Source of the DNA: Candidatus Woesearchaeota archaeon
GTDB taxonomy: Archaea; Nanobdellota; Nanobdellia; Pacearchaeales; GW2011-AR1
Direction of reading: 5' to 3'
DNA: 54,733 nucleotides
Assembly: GCA_964437555.1 (NCBI GenBank)
Contig: CAYTHI010000005.1
Span: 1-54,733, forward strand
The notes beneath the pieces were generated by a model that saw only the letters and a list, made by a program, of their open reading frames with translations, had not been told where the DNA came from and did not search any database. Positions 36,865 to 45,980 of this stretch are shown piece after piece. Within the stretch, counting starts at the first letter, position 1; each line of letters starts with the position of its first letter. The translations under genes were made by a program, and so were the position numbers.

Positions 36865-37958
36865 TATTTATTGTTTCCTGCTTCTATGGCTTTCATTGTT
36901 ATATGGCTTCTTTTGGCTCTTCCGCCGCCTCTTTTTGATGGCCTGCTTGCCCAATTTGCAATTCCGAAAGATATTTTTGTTTTATCCAAATCCATTCCGT
37001 TAACAATGCAATTTCCTTTTAGGCCTTTCAGCATTCTGATAAATTCTTTTGAGGCAATTATAGGGTATCTTCCTGACATCATTCCTTTTCTATGTGGTAT
37101 TTCTCCTTTGAAAGGAACAGCTTTCTTGAATTTTATAACATGCTCAAGGTCTGCAACAGCCTCGTCAATTTTCTTATTTTTTATGAATTTCAATATATAC
37201 ATGGCATGCCTCTTAGACACAGGAACGCTAAAGCTGCTTGCAACAGCCTCATGCTTCTTCTTTACTTCTTTCTTCTCTTCCGCCTTTGGCTTATGCTCTT
37301 CTGTTTTTTCTTCTTTCTTGTCTGCAATGCTTTTTTTCTTATCCTTCGCTTTGTCTTCCTGCACATCCAGGTTGTCAAATAGCTTTTCAACTTCAGGAAG
37401 TTTTTTGATACCCTCACTATCACTCATATGCCCATAATTATCAAATATTTCTATTTTGGCAATATCTTTAAAGTTTTTGTTGTAAAACTCTCTTATCTCT
37501 TCATTAACCCATCTATCTTTCTTTCCAAACAGGAAGACTATTTCATTAGAATTGCTTTTTATCTTAGATACATCAAGTCCTCTATCTTGATATTTTCTAA
37601 ATATTTCCAAATCCTTTTTATTAAGCTCTTTACCAACATTTTCGAAATATTCTTTGGAAGGATTGGAACCGACAGGAGCCACAAGAACTAACTTATTTAT
37701 TTTATATTTTTCAGCAAGTTTTAGTGCAAGCAATCCACCCATGCTATGTCCCACTATGCTTAAGTTTTCTTCTCCAATTCTCTTAATTTCTTTTTCAGCT
37801 TCTTCGAGCCACTTCTCAAATTCTGGTTCATTCGTATTTGGAAAGTCGATAGCATACGGATAATATTTTTTCCCTTTCAGAGTTTTGACTAATTCAGGAA
37901 TAAATCCTTTCTTTGAACTGTCTTCCCATCCATGTAATATCAATACTTTATTTTCCAT
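36864..37958 (-). CDS. rpl22: Fusion: RBBP9/YdeN-type alpha/beta hydrolase (aa ~1-195) + K/E linker + ribosomal protein uL22 (aa ~235-364)
   Basis: ILHGW, GHSMG, D148 and GH177; then PVSKRHA...KKAVPF..EIPHRKG...GRYP; occupies the rpl22 slot between rps19 and rps3. Confidence 0.9.
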   Translation of the reverse strand: MENKVLILHGWEDSSKKGFIPELVKTLKGKKYYPYAIDFPNTNEPEFEKWLEEAEKEIKRIGEENLSIVGHSMGGLLALKLAEKYKINKLVLVAPVGSNPSKEYFENVGKELNKKDLEIFRKYQDRGLDVSKIKSNSNEIVFLFGKKDRWVNEEIREFYNKNFKDIAKIEIFDNYGHMSDSEGIKKLPEVEKLFDNLDVQEDKAKDKKKSIADKKEEKTEEHKPKAEEKKEVKKKHEAVASSFSVPVSKRHAMYILKFIKNKKIDEAVADLEHVIKFKKAVPFKGEIPHRKGMMSGRYPIIASKEFIRMLKGLKGNCIVNGMDLDKTKISFGIANWASRPSKRGGGRAKRSHITMKAIEAGNNK

Positions 37959-37960
37959 TT

Positions 37961-38371
37961 TTATTTCTTAGCCGCCTTTGAGCCTTTGGTTGCTCCTATA
38001 CCTGCAGCAGAGTGTATAACTTTAGATCTTGTCATTGAGAATTCCCCTAATCTGTGTCCTATCATTTCGCTTGTTATTATTATGTCTTCAAATTTCCTTC
38101 CATTATGTATGCTTATAGTAAGCCCTACTAATTGAGGCACTATAACTAAATCTCTCATCTGCGTCTTGATTCTCTTTCCTCTTTGAACTCTCTTCTGGCA
38201 TGTTTTTATGAATTCTTCTATTACATTAAAATTTCTTAATATGCTTCTTCTGCTTCTTGATGTAAGATATTTTGCTGATTCCCTAACATCTAAAGTTTTA
38301 AGAAACTCCAGAGTCTTGCCGCGATACAATTTTTCTCTGCTCTGAACAGCAATTACTTCTTTCTTTTCCAT
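37961..38371 (-). CDS. rps19: 30S ribosomal protein uS19
   Basis: YRGK, R.RRS, KT..RD, HNG, EMIGHRLGEF..TR..V.H. Confidence 0.95.
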   Translation of the reverse strand: MEKKEVIAVQSREKLYRGKTLEFLKTLDVRESAKYLTSRSRRSILRNFNVIEEFIKTCQKRVQRGKRIKTQMRDLVIVPQLVGLTISIHNGRKFEDIIITSEMIGHRLGEFSMTRSKVIHSAAGIGATKGSKAAKK

Positions 38372-39066
38372 TATCTCTTGCCTGTCCTCCTAGGCCTTAC
38401 ATGCCCTGCTTTCTTTCCAGGAGGTGCGTTTCTCTTTGAAATCTTAGACTTGATTCTCTTTCCTCTTCCCGAGCCAAATGGATGGTCTATTGCGTTGACT
38501 TTAACTGCAGATGTTCTTGGCCAAAGCTTGTTTCTTGTCTTCATCTTATAATGCTTTCTTCCAGCTTTGAAAAATGGCTTTTGTTTCCTTCCCTCTCCGG
38601 AAATAACACCTATTGTAGCCCTGCAATCGCCGTCAAGAATAAGTTCTTTTTTATTAGGCATTAAAACTCCTATTTTATTGAAATCATATTTTTTGTTTAC
38701 TGCCGCGCTTGCGCCCGAAACTCTTGTCATCTTTCCCCCGTCTCCCGGATTTCTTTCTATATTAAAAATTCTTGTTCCAACTGGAATATTCTTCAATGAT
38801 ATTATATTTCCCTCTTTAATTTCGCTGCCCCCAACATTTATCCTATCTTTCTCAACCGCCCCGTTAAAAGCAGCATTAAAGAAAACTTCGTTTCCAACTT
38901 TTACCTTCATAAGAGGAGAGCTATGAGCTGCCGAATGCAGTATTTTTTCTATTATTGCCTGCCCTTCATTATGAGGATATCCTATTCTGTAAATGAAAGC
39001 TTTCTTCCTGACTTGGTAAGTTAAGCTTCCTCTTCCTCTTGCCTGCTGAATTATACTTTTTCCCAT
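38371..39066 (-). CDS. rpl2: 50S ribosomal protein uL2
   Basis: MGK.I..QARGRG, NIE..PGDGG, KAG, WPR, N..DHPFGSG. Confidence 0.96.
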   Translation of the reverse strand: MGKSIIQQARGRGSLTYQVRKKAFIYRIGYPHNEGQAIIEKILHSAAHSSPLMKVKVGNEVFFNAAFNGAVEKDRINVGGSEIKEGNIISLKNIPVGTRIFNIERNPGDGGKMTRVSGASAAVNKKYDFNKIGVLMPNKKELILDGDCRATIGVISGEGRKQKPFFKAGRKHYKMKTRNKLWPRTSAVKVNAIDHPFGSGRGKRIKSKISKRNAPPGKKAGHVRPRRTGKR

Positions 39067-39067
39067 C

Positions 39068-39442
39068 TTAAGTTATTAAACCGGTACTCCTTACAAATAA
39101 TTCTCTCTTATCAGCATACCTTTTATCTGATAAATCGTAAAAATGACCATAAGGTTCTTTGAAGGTTATACTTCCATCTGGATTCCAAGTTATATCTTCT
39201 TTCTTTGCTCTTTGACTCACTACATTGCGTTGTTCTCCTGAAAAACATCCAGAGAATGCAATCATGAAGGTCATAGCTCTGCCATTTTGATCTTCAAAAT
39301 ATGGAGCAGAGTCTTCAACAATTCCTTCGTAAACTGTAATATTCTGAGTACCTCTTTCATTAGATATAACCACATCTACCACGACTAATTTGTCAATACC
39401 TTCAACATCTAGGATTCTTTTAGGTTCTATTTTTGCAGCCAT
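39068..39442 (-). CDS. Hypothetical protein inserted between rpl23 and rpl2
   Basis: 124-aa ORF with 1-nt gaps to both neighbours; no ribosomal-protein features. Confidence 0.7.
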   Translation of the reverse strand: MAAKIEPKRILDVEGIDKLVVVDVVISNERGTQNITVYEGIVEDSAPYFEDQNGRAMTFMIAFSGCFSGEQRNVVSQRAKKEDITWNPDGSITFKEPYGHFYDLSDKRYADKRELFVRSTGLIT

Positions 39443-39443
39443 T

Positions 39444-39686
39444 TTATATCATTCCAAGTTTTGTAGCCACGTCAATTGCGGGATTTTTCTTATCCAGTCT
39501 CGCGTATACAAACTTTTTATTCCTCCTTATCATTGTTCTTATCTTCTCAACTTTAACATCAAAAAGTTTCTCAATTTCACTTTTAATTTTATCCTTTCTT
39601 GCAGATCTTTCTGTTTCAAAAACAAGAGTATTGTCTAAATCAATCATTCTTACTACTTTTTCAGATGTTATCGGCTTCAGTATCAT
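39444..39686 (-). CDS. rpl23: 50S ribosomal protein uL23
   Basis: P.TSEK, NTLVF, K..IK..IEKLF.VKV, A.DVATKLG. Confidence 0.94.
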   Translation of the reverse strand: MILKPITSEKVVRMIDLDNTLVFETERSARKDKIKSEIEKLFDVKVEKIRTMIRRNKKFVYARLDKKNPAIDVATKLGMI

Positions 39687-40453
39687 TTTGAAATTTCCTC
39701 AAGAGCTTTCTCTGTATAAACTGCAAGCCTTCCAAGAGGATATAAATCAGCCAGCTTTACTTCATCAGTATTTTTAATATCTATTCCTTTCATTTTTATT
39801 TTTTCATCTTTAGATTTAATGAATAATAATCCGGCATTTGACTTGTATCTTCTATTCCTTAATTTTCCCTTTCCAGCCCTCACTTTTTTTCTTTTCATTA
39901 ATAGCTCAAACATATTTCCGAAAATACTCTCAAGCATTCTGATAAATTCTTTTGTTTTTATATTATCCATCTTTGACTCTATTACAGCAGGCATTTTAAA
40001 GTCAATCTTATTTAATCTTTCATATCTCTTTACTATAAGATTTTCATCTGCGGTGGAAGCGAAAGCAGATGCGTATGCGAGCTTTAATTCTTTTGAATTT
40101 ATTACTTTTTTAATCCTATTTAATCTTGGAGGATGAGCTCTTCTTCCGCCTCTTGCTCCTGACACTTCAGCGCCAATCCAGTAAAATTGAGTTCCTCTTC
40201 TCCACATTGTTTTTCTTGGGATTCTTGAAATTCCTTTTCCATAATGCCCCGCCCACTTATGCCTCTGATGGCTTATCGTTCCTGAAGCCGAATGCCTCTT
40301 TCCTGCTTCCGCATAAGAAGCATACGGCTGCCTTGTCTTTTCAGCTTCAAAGCATTTAGCTACAATATCTTCTCTTACTTTTGTTTCAAATATTTTTGGT
40401 AGCTCTATTTCTTTCTTTTTCTTCCCGTTTAGGTCATATAATATTGTTTTCAT
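39683..40453 (-). CDS. rpl4: 50S ribosomal protein uL4
   Basis: LP.IF...VR.D, AG.RHSA, G.GISRIPR, GGRRAHPP, RAGKGK.R.RRY, GRL.VYT. Confidence 0.95.
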   Translation of the reverse strand: MKTILYDLNGKKKKEIELPKIFETKVREDIVAKCFEAEKTRQPYASYAEAGKRHSASGTISHQRHKWAGHYGKGISRIPRKTMWRRGTQFYWIGAEVSGARGGRRAHPPRLNRIKKVINSKELKLAYASAFASTADENLIVKRYERLNKIDFKMPAVIESKMDNIKTKEFIRMLESIFGNMFELLMKRKKVRAGKGKLRNRRYKSNAGLLFIKSKDEKIKMKGIDIKNTDEVKLADLYPLGRLAVYTEKALEEISK

Positions 40454-41391
40454 TGCATCAACTCCAGGAATTCATATTTTTTCTTCATTGATTTTTTATT
40501 GGGCCTCATAGCACTGGTTATGATTACCTGCCTTTTAGCAGGGCCCTGAACACTCCCTGCAAGAACTATATAATTAGTTTTTATCTTTCCGTAATTTTTG
40601 AATCCTTCCGGTTTGTTAATGTCTTTATCAGATATCTTTCCTGAATTAATTACTTTAAAATTATAATGCACACGTGTGAACATTCCTAATTGTCCTGCGT
40701 GAGGTGTTCTGAAAGTAACTCTCGCCGGATGCCAAGGGCCTAGGCTTCCCGGATTTCTTCTTCCTTTTTCAGATTTATGCCCCTTAAGCCCGATTCCATG
40801 TCTTGCAACAGGACCCTGCAATCCCTTTCCTTTTGTTAATCCGCGTATATCAATAATTTGCCATGGGTAATCCAATGGAGAAACTTCTTTTCCTATTAAT
40901 CCTTTAACAAAGCTCAATTTATCTTTTGAATTTACAGCAACTTCTGTCAAATCAGGAGTTTTCTTGAAAATATCTTTCATCGCAGGATAAATAATTACTC
41001 TTATATCCTCCCATCCCTGAATTTTGTCCAGCTCTTCTGCTTTTCCTGCTTCCTTGGCAACCTTAACTTTCCTCTTCAGATTTTTATCATTTGAAACAAC
41101 AACTTCTTTCATGACAATTCCATTCTTATAGAATCTTACAGAATATACTTTGAAATTAGGAACTTCCAATATTGTTACAGGAACATGAATTTTCTTTCCT
41201 TTTGTCAGAGAATTAGAAGTATCATCTTTCACAACAGCAGTTGACATGCCTGCCTTGTATGCGATAAAACCCAAAATACTTTCAGAATTGCTCTTTATTA
41301 TACTCCAGTTTACACTAGGTAAGAACTTCTCAGCCCGTTTTCTGGGCCAGAACTGCAAGCTTCCAAATCTTGGTCTTGATATTTTCGCCAT
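40450..41391 (-). CDS. rpl3: 50S ribosomal protein uL3
   Basis: PR.GSLQFWPRKRA, YKAGM, TKGKG.QGPV.R, GSLGPWHP, AGQ.G..R, GSV.GP. Confidence 0.96.
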   Translation of the reverse strand: MAKISRPRFGSLQFWPRKRAEKFLPSVNWSIIKSNSESILGFIAYKAGMSTAVVKDDTSNSLTKGKKIHVPVTILEVPNFKVYSVRFYKNGIVMKEVVVSNDKNLKRKVKVAKEAGKAEELDKIQGWEDIRVIIYPAMKDIFKKTPDLTEVAVNSKDKLSFVKGLIGKEVSPLDYPWQIIDIRGLTKGKGLQGPVARHGIGLKGHKSEKGRRNPGSLGPWHPARVTFRTPHAGQLGMFTRVHYNFKVINSGKISDKDINKPEGFKNYGKIKTNYIVLAGSVQGPAKRQVIITSAMRPNKKSMKKKYEFLELMQ

Positions 41392-41489
41392 TTCTTATGC
41401 TTTTCATTTTGTATGGCAACTCCATCACTTTACTTGTCAATCAGATTCATTAGCAGCACCGCGCCGCTTGGCTTTCGCCCACCGCATCC
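41392..41489 (-). promoter_or_regulatory. Structured ~97-nt 5' leader of the rpl3 (S10) operon
   Basis: TTTAAATA at 41517-41510; GC-rich leader with GGC-GAAA-GCC and AGCGGC-GCGGT-GCTGCT hairpins. Confidence 0.6.
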
Positions 41490-41543
41490 TATGTTGTCTT
41501 TTTTCGGCTATTTAAACTTTACTGCATGTATTTTCCGTAAAGT

Positions 41544-42335
41544 TTAAGCTCTCTCCAGAACTTTGATAATTCCTTTCTCAGCATCAACTTCTACCTCATC
41601 TTCATCCTTTAAGACCTTTGTAGCAATTTTGGTGCCAATTATACATGGCTTTTTTAATTCGCGGGCAACTATTACTGCATGACACAATAAACCGCCTTCA
41701 TCTGTAATAATTGCTCCCGCTTTTTTTATTGCAGGCACAAAATCTGGTCTTGTCATCGGAGTTACCAAAATATCGCTTTTGTTTAGGATTTTATCAAGAT
41801 CAGAGTGTGTAAATACTATTCTGGCAATACCTCTTATCTTCCCACCATAAGCAGCTTTTCCAGAAAGACTACGATTTTTTTCATCATAACTATTAGCCTT
41901 TTCTAGCTGAATATTATTAACTTCTAAAAATTGTTCAATTTTGGGTTGTAAGATAATCTCTTTATTTAGATAAATAAAATCATTGGAACGTGAGTTAGCA
42001 ATTTCTAATAGTTCTTCCTCAGATTTTTCAGAGAAGGATTCATCTTTTCTTATAAATTTAGTCTTATCCTTGAGTAAGGGATATTTTGATTCTAAAATTC
42101 TTATAAACAGATTATCCCTTTTACTTGCATATTGCTCTGTTTTTTTTCGCATTTCCAATGATTTTTCTTTTCTATCTTTAGAAACATCTTCCATGTCAGG
42201 AATTACCCAAGTATAACAGACACCTTTAAAATAATCTACAAAAAGGTCATAAATTTCTTCAAATTCTTTTTTAGTTTTTATTTCTTTATCCTCAAAATAA
42301 GGAAGAATTTTATTAAAATGCGGGCTCTTTGGCAA
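41544..42335 (-). CDS. PEP-utilising enzyme mobile (phosphohistidine swivel) domain protein; 5' end uncertain
   Basis: LVTPMTRP...AIITDEGG.LCHA.IVARE..KPCIIG; TTG start only, with an in-frame stop just upstream. Confidence 0.75.
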   Translation of the reverse strand: MPKSPHFNKILPYFEDKEIKTKKEFEEIYDLFVDYFKGVCYTWVIPDMEDVSKDRKEKSLEMRKKTEQYASKRDNLFIRILESKYPLLKDKTKFIRKDESFSEKSEEELLEIANSRSNDFIYLNKEIILQPKIEQFLEVNNIQLEKANSYDEKNRSLSGKAAYGGKIRGIARIVFTHSDLDKILNKSDILVTPMTRPDFVPAIKKAGAIITDEGGLLCHAVIVARELKKPCIIGTKIATKVLKDEDEVEVDAEKGIIKVLERA

Positions 42336-42401
42336 TAGTATTTGCAGCCATTGCCATTACAAGCGCATTGTTCTTTTTAAAATTAAAGAGAAAATAAATT
42401 T

Positions 42402-43103
42402 TTAAGCAATAAAATCCATCTCTTCTTTCATTGCTCTTCCATCTATAGTTATATCTCTTATTATCTTCCCCTTTCTTTTAGCCATTTCTCTAAGCTTTAA
42501 TGGGTCATCAACTCCTTCTGGAAGTATTATTTCATTTATAACAAATGTATGCACAATCTGGATAGACTTAAAATCACCAACTCCAAAAACAAGGCTTTCT
42601 GCAAGTTTTCTGTCTGAAGTCTTTAGTCTGCAAAAGTCAGCCTTTATCTTTTCAGCTGTGCTTGTGCTTGGCTTGGCTGACTTGGGCGCTTTCGGCTTTA
42701 TTTTTAATTCGCTATCAGCTGTCTCAAAAGATAAGCCGAAAAATGCTCTTGAAAGCTTATCACACAATCCTATTATTTGAGTTCCCGACATTTCAGAATT
42801 AATTACATACTGCTTGACTCCCATAAACTGCTTTTTATCCTCAAATTCAATCTCTCCGCTTAAATCTCTTGTTGAGATAATAACTCCTGTGACATTAGTC
42901 TTGCTGTTTCCAAGCTTTTCAGCCATAGACCTGACTAAATCCCCTCCAAATTCTGAAGTTGTGGAAATGCTATATCCTTCCTTCTTCTTTTTAGCAATTA
43001 TAACTGCCTTGTTCCTGTATTCTCCTCTGCCGTATTTCTCAAACTGCAGATGAACAAGCTCATCTATATTATTGTCAAATATTTTCTTAATAAAACTCTC
43101 CAT
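42402..43103 (-). CDS. Conserved hypothetical protein
   Basis: 233-aa ORF; TTTATAAA 22 nt upstream. Confidence 0.75.
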   Translation of the reverse strand: MESFIKKIFDNNIDELVHLQFEKYGRGEYRNKAVIIAKKKKEGYSISTTSEFGGDLVRSMAEKLGNSKTNVTGVIISTRDLSGEIEFEDKKQFMGVKQYVINSEMSGTQIIGLCDKLSRAFFGLSFETADSELKIKPKAPKSAKPSTSTAEKIKADFCRLKTSDRKLAESLVFGVGDFKSIQIVHTFVINEIILPEGVDDPLKLREMAKRKGKIIRDITIDGRAMKEEMDFIA

Positions 43104-43179
43104 GGCATGAAAAGAGAAAATCCATTTATAAACTTATTTTCCTGCTAACCTTTATATATTTACAATTCCTATTTTACAA

Positions 43180-44211
43180 ATGCCCTTCAGCGATAAATCA
43201 GTTACGAAAATATCATCAATAATACTTCTTTCTGCCTTAGTTATAGCTGCGTTTTTTATATTAAAATCAATCCTGCTATCAATTATAGCTGGCTTGCTAT
43301 TGGCATACATAATAAATCCAATCTACAAGAAATTTCTTCCGAGAGTGAAAAATCCGACAGTCGCCGCATTGCTTGTCTGCCTGCTCATTGTTGTTGTAAT
43401 CTTCATTCCTCTATGGTTTTTAATTCCTATAATTATAAGGCAGGTCTTTGACATGTTTGGCTTTCTAAGAGCATTAGATGTGGGACAAGTTTTATCTTTC
43501 CTTTTTCCAAATGCTCCTGCTCAATTCTTAGCGGAGGCAAATGCAATTTCCTCCGGCTTCATAGCTGATGTGACTACTTCCACTATAAACTTTCTGCTAA
43601 ATTTCCTGCTTGGCACTCCCAATACACTTCTTCAGCTGTCAGTTGTTGTATTTGTCTTTTTCTTCGCTTTAAGAGACCAGGATAAACTAAAAGCGTATGT
43701 TTCAGACTTATCGCCCTTAAAAAAAGTGCAGGAAGAAATTCTGGTTAATGAATTCAAGGAAATAACTTCATCTATCATTTATGGCTTTATAATAATTGGA
43801 ATTGTTCAGGGTATAATTACAGGCATAGGATTATTTGTCTTCGGTGTCCCAAGGGCTTTATTGCTTACTTTCTTCGCAATGTTCTTCTCTGTTTTCCCAT
43901 TGATAGGCCCCTGGCTAATCTGGGTGCCTGCGTCCGTTTATCTTTTTGCCCAGGGCAATACTGTCTTAGCCCTCGGCTTTGTAATATATAATGTCCTGAT
44001 AGTTTCTTCAGTAGATAATATTCTCCGCCCATACATAGTCTCCAGAAGGTCAAGCATTTCTCCTGTTGTTGCATTAGTCGGGATGATAGGAGGATTAATA
44101 GTGTTCGGTCTGCTAGGCCTGATATTAGGCCCTCTCATACTTGCTTATCTGATAATATTCCTGACAGCTTACAAGAACAAGCAATTATCAAGCATGTTCC
44201 ATGATCGATAG
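43180..44211 (+). CDS. AI-2E family transporter
   Basis: LAYI.NP.Y, FFF.LRD, QG, P.IG..L.W.P, DNILRP, G.IGG...FG..G.ILGP. Confidence 0.9.
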   Translation: MPFSDKSVTKISSIILLSALVIAAFFILKSILLSIIAGLLLAYIINPIYKKFLPRVKNPTVAALLVCLLIVVVIFIPLWFLIPIIIRQVFDMFGFLRALDVGQVLSFLFPNAPAQFLAEANAISSGFIADVTTSTINFLLNFLLGTPNTLLQLSVVVFVFFFALRDQDKLKAYVSDLSPLKKVQEEILVNEFKEITSSIIYGFIIIGIVQGIITGIGLFVFGVPRALLLTFFAMFFSVFPLIGPWLIWVPASVYLFAQGNTVLALGFVIYNVLIVSSVDNILRPYIVSRRSSISPVVALVGMIGGLIVFGLLGLILGPLILAYLIIFLTAYKNKQLSSMFHDR

Positions 44212-44219
44212 GGGGATTT

Positions 44220-45689
44220 ATGAAGTTTAGAGTAAAATCTTTTAAAATAGGCGCTGGAAAGCCAATAATTTTCCTGCATAGGAAAGATGCTGAGAAATTA
44301 AACATCCATGTTAGTGACAGGATAGGAGTCTCAAGCGGCAGGAAGAAAATAATCGGTGTTGTTGATATTGTTGAGAATTATTTCAAGACGGGAGAGATAG
44401 GAGTTTCACATGAAATAATGAAAAAACTTGGAATAAATTCCGGAGATTCTGTTGAACTGGTTTTTCTTCCTCTTTCAAACAGCACAAAGTATATTCAGAA
44501 AAAGCTGGCATGCAATTCTTACAAAAGAGATGAATTGTATCAGATAATCTCCGATATAACAACTAATGCCCTGTCTGAGGCGGAGATAGCTTATTTTATT
44601 TCAGGAGTTTATCATTGCGGGATGTCTGTGAAAGAGACAATTTATCTTACAGAAGCTATTTACAAAACAGGAAACAGGATTGCATGGGGCTCAAGTAAAA
44701 TAGTAGATAAGCATTCCATTGGAGGAATTCCCGGAAATAGGACAACGCCTATTGTTGTATCAATCTGTGCTGCAGCAGGATTGATAATGCCTAAAACTTC
44801 TTCCAGGGCAATTACTTCTGCAGCCGGAACAGCAGATGTAATAGAATCTGTTGCCAAAGTAGATTTGTCTATAGAAGAAATAAAATCAATTGTCAAAAAA
44901 GCCGGAGCATGCCTTGCATGGGGCGGCTCTCTCGGACTGGCTCCTGCAGACGACAAGCTGATTCAGGTTGAGAAAGTTCTGCATTTAGACCCCAAGCCGC
45001 AATTAATAGCATCAATTCTCGCAAAAAAACTTGCAGTTGGCAGCAAATATGTTCTGATAGACATTCCATATGGTGCAGGAGCAAAAGTTTCAAGAGAGCA
45101 GGCAGAAAATCTCGGCAAAGAATTCCTGAAAATAAGCAGATATTTCAATTTGAAACTAAAATTTATTTTAACAAATGGAAGTCAGCCGATAGGTAATGGT
45201 GTGGGCCCCATTCTTGAGATAAAAGATGTCCTCAGAGTTTTGCAAAGAGACAATCCTCCTTTGGATTTAGAATCCAAATCAATAACTTTGGCAGGAGCAA
45301 TATTGGAAATGACAGGAAAAGCGAAGAAAGGTGAAGGCAAATCTCTGGCTTCACAAATTCTAAATACAGGAAGAGCATATAAAAAATTTCAGGAAATAAT
45401 AATTCTTCAGAAAGGAAAGTTAAGCAATCTGAAAAAAGCAAGGTTTATTCATGTTATCAAATCAAAAGTAACTGGAAGGGTTCATTCAATTGATAACAAA
45501 GATATAAACAGATTAGCGAGGCTCACCGGCTCTCCCATGGATAAAGCTTCAGGATTATATTTGTATAAGCATAGGGGAGATAAAATAAAGAAAGGAGAGT
45601 CGCTGATGGAAATTCATTCTGAATCAAGGCAAAAACTCAATCAGGCAGTATCTTTCTATAATACAATAAAGCCTATTGCAGTAATGTAA
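44220..45689 (+). CDS. AMP phosphorylase (thymidine phosphorylase family)
   Basis: DKHSIGGIPGNRTT, PKTSSRAITSAAGTAD, WGG...LAPADD, ASI..KK; N-terminal beta-barrel extension. Confidence 0.9.
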   Translation: MKFRVKSFKIGAGKPIIFLHRKDAEKLNIHVSDRIGVSSGRKKIIGVVDIVENYFKTGEIGVSHEIMKKLGINSGDSVELVFLPLSNSTKYIQKKLACNSYKRDELYQIISDITTNALSEAEIAYFISGVYHCGMSVKETIYLTEAIYKTGNRIAWGSSKIVDKHSIGGIPGNRTTPIVVSICAAAGLIMPKTSSRAITSAAGTADVIESVAKVDLSIEEIKSIVKKAGACLAWGGSLGLAPADDKLIQVEKVLHLDPKPQLIASILAKKLAVGSKYVLIDIPYGAGAKVSREQAENLGKEFLKISRYFNLKLKFILTNGSQPIGNGVGPILEIKDVLRVLQRDNPPLDLESKSITLAGAILEMTGKAKKGEGKSLASQILNTGRAYKKFQEIIILQKGKLSNLKKARFIHVIKSKVTGRVHSIDNKDINRLARLTGSPMDKASGLYLYKHRGDKIKKGESLMEIHSESRQKLNQAVSFYNTIKPIAVM

Positions 45690-45720
45690 AATTTAAATAT
45701 ACATACTTCCTTGAAAAATA

Positions 45721-45978
45721 ATGAAAGATACGAACTATCTCTATAATCTTACCTCTTATATTAAAAAGAATCTCGGAAAAGGTTATACCAAGGATTCCTT
45801 AAAAATAGCATTAACAAATCAGGGTTACACGAGAATTTCTATTGATGCCGCATTTAAATTAGTTGAAGAAGATATGGCTTCAAGAGCTCCGAAGCTTGAA
45901 ATGATGCCCGCAATAGTTCATGAAATCACTCCAGAAGAGCCAAAGAAATCTTTCTGGCAAAAATTGTTTGGGTTTTAA
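45721..45978 (+). CDS. Hypothetical protein
   Basis: YIKKNL.KGY...L..AL..QGY helical motif, C-terminal KKSFWQKLF; TATA 22 nt upstream. Confidence 0.7.
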   Translation: MKDTNYLYNLTSYIKKNLGKGYTKDSLKIALTNQGYTRISIDAAFKLVEEDMASRAPKLEMMPAIVHEITPEEPKKSFWQKLFGF

Positions 45979-45980
45979 TT

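Noticed and set aside
41410-41455. C/D-box sRNA (AUGAAU, CUGA, GUGAUG motifs)
   Set aside because: Boxes are imperfect and not in C-D'-C'-D order or spacing; better treated as part of the rpl3 leader
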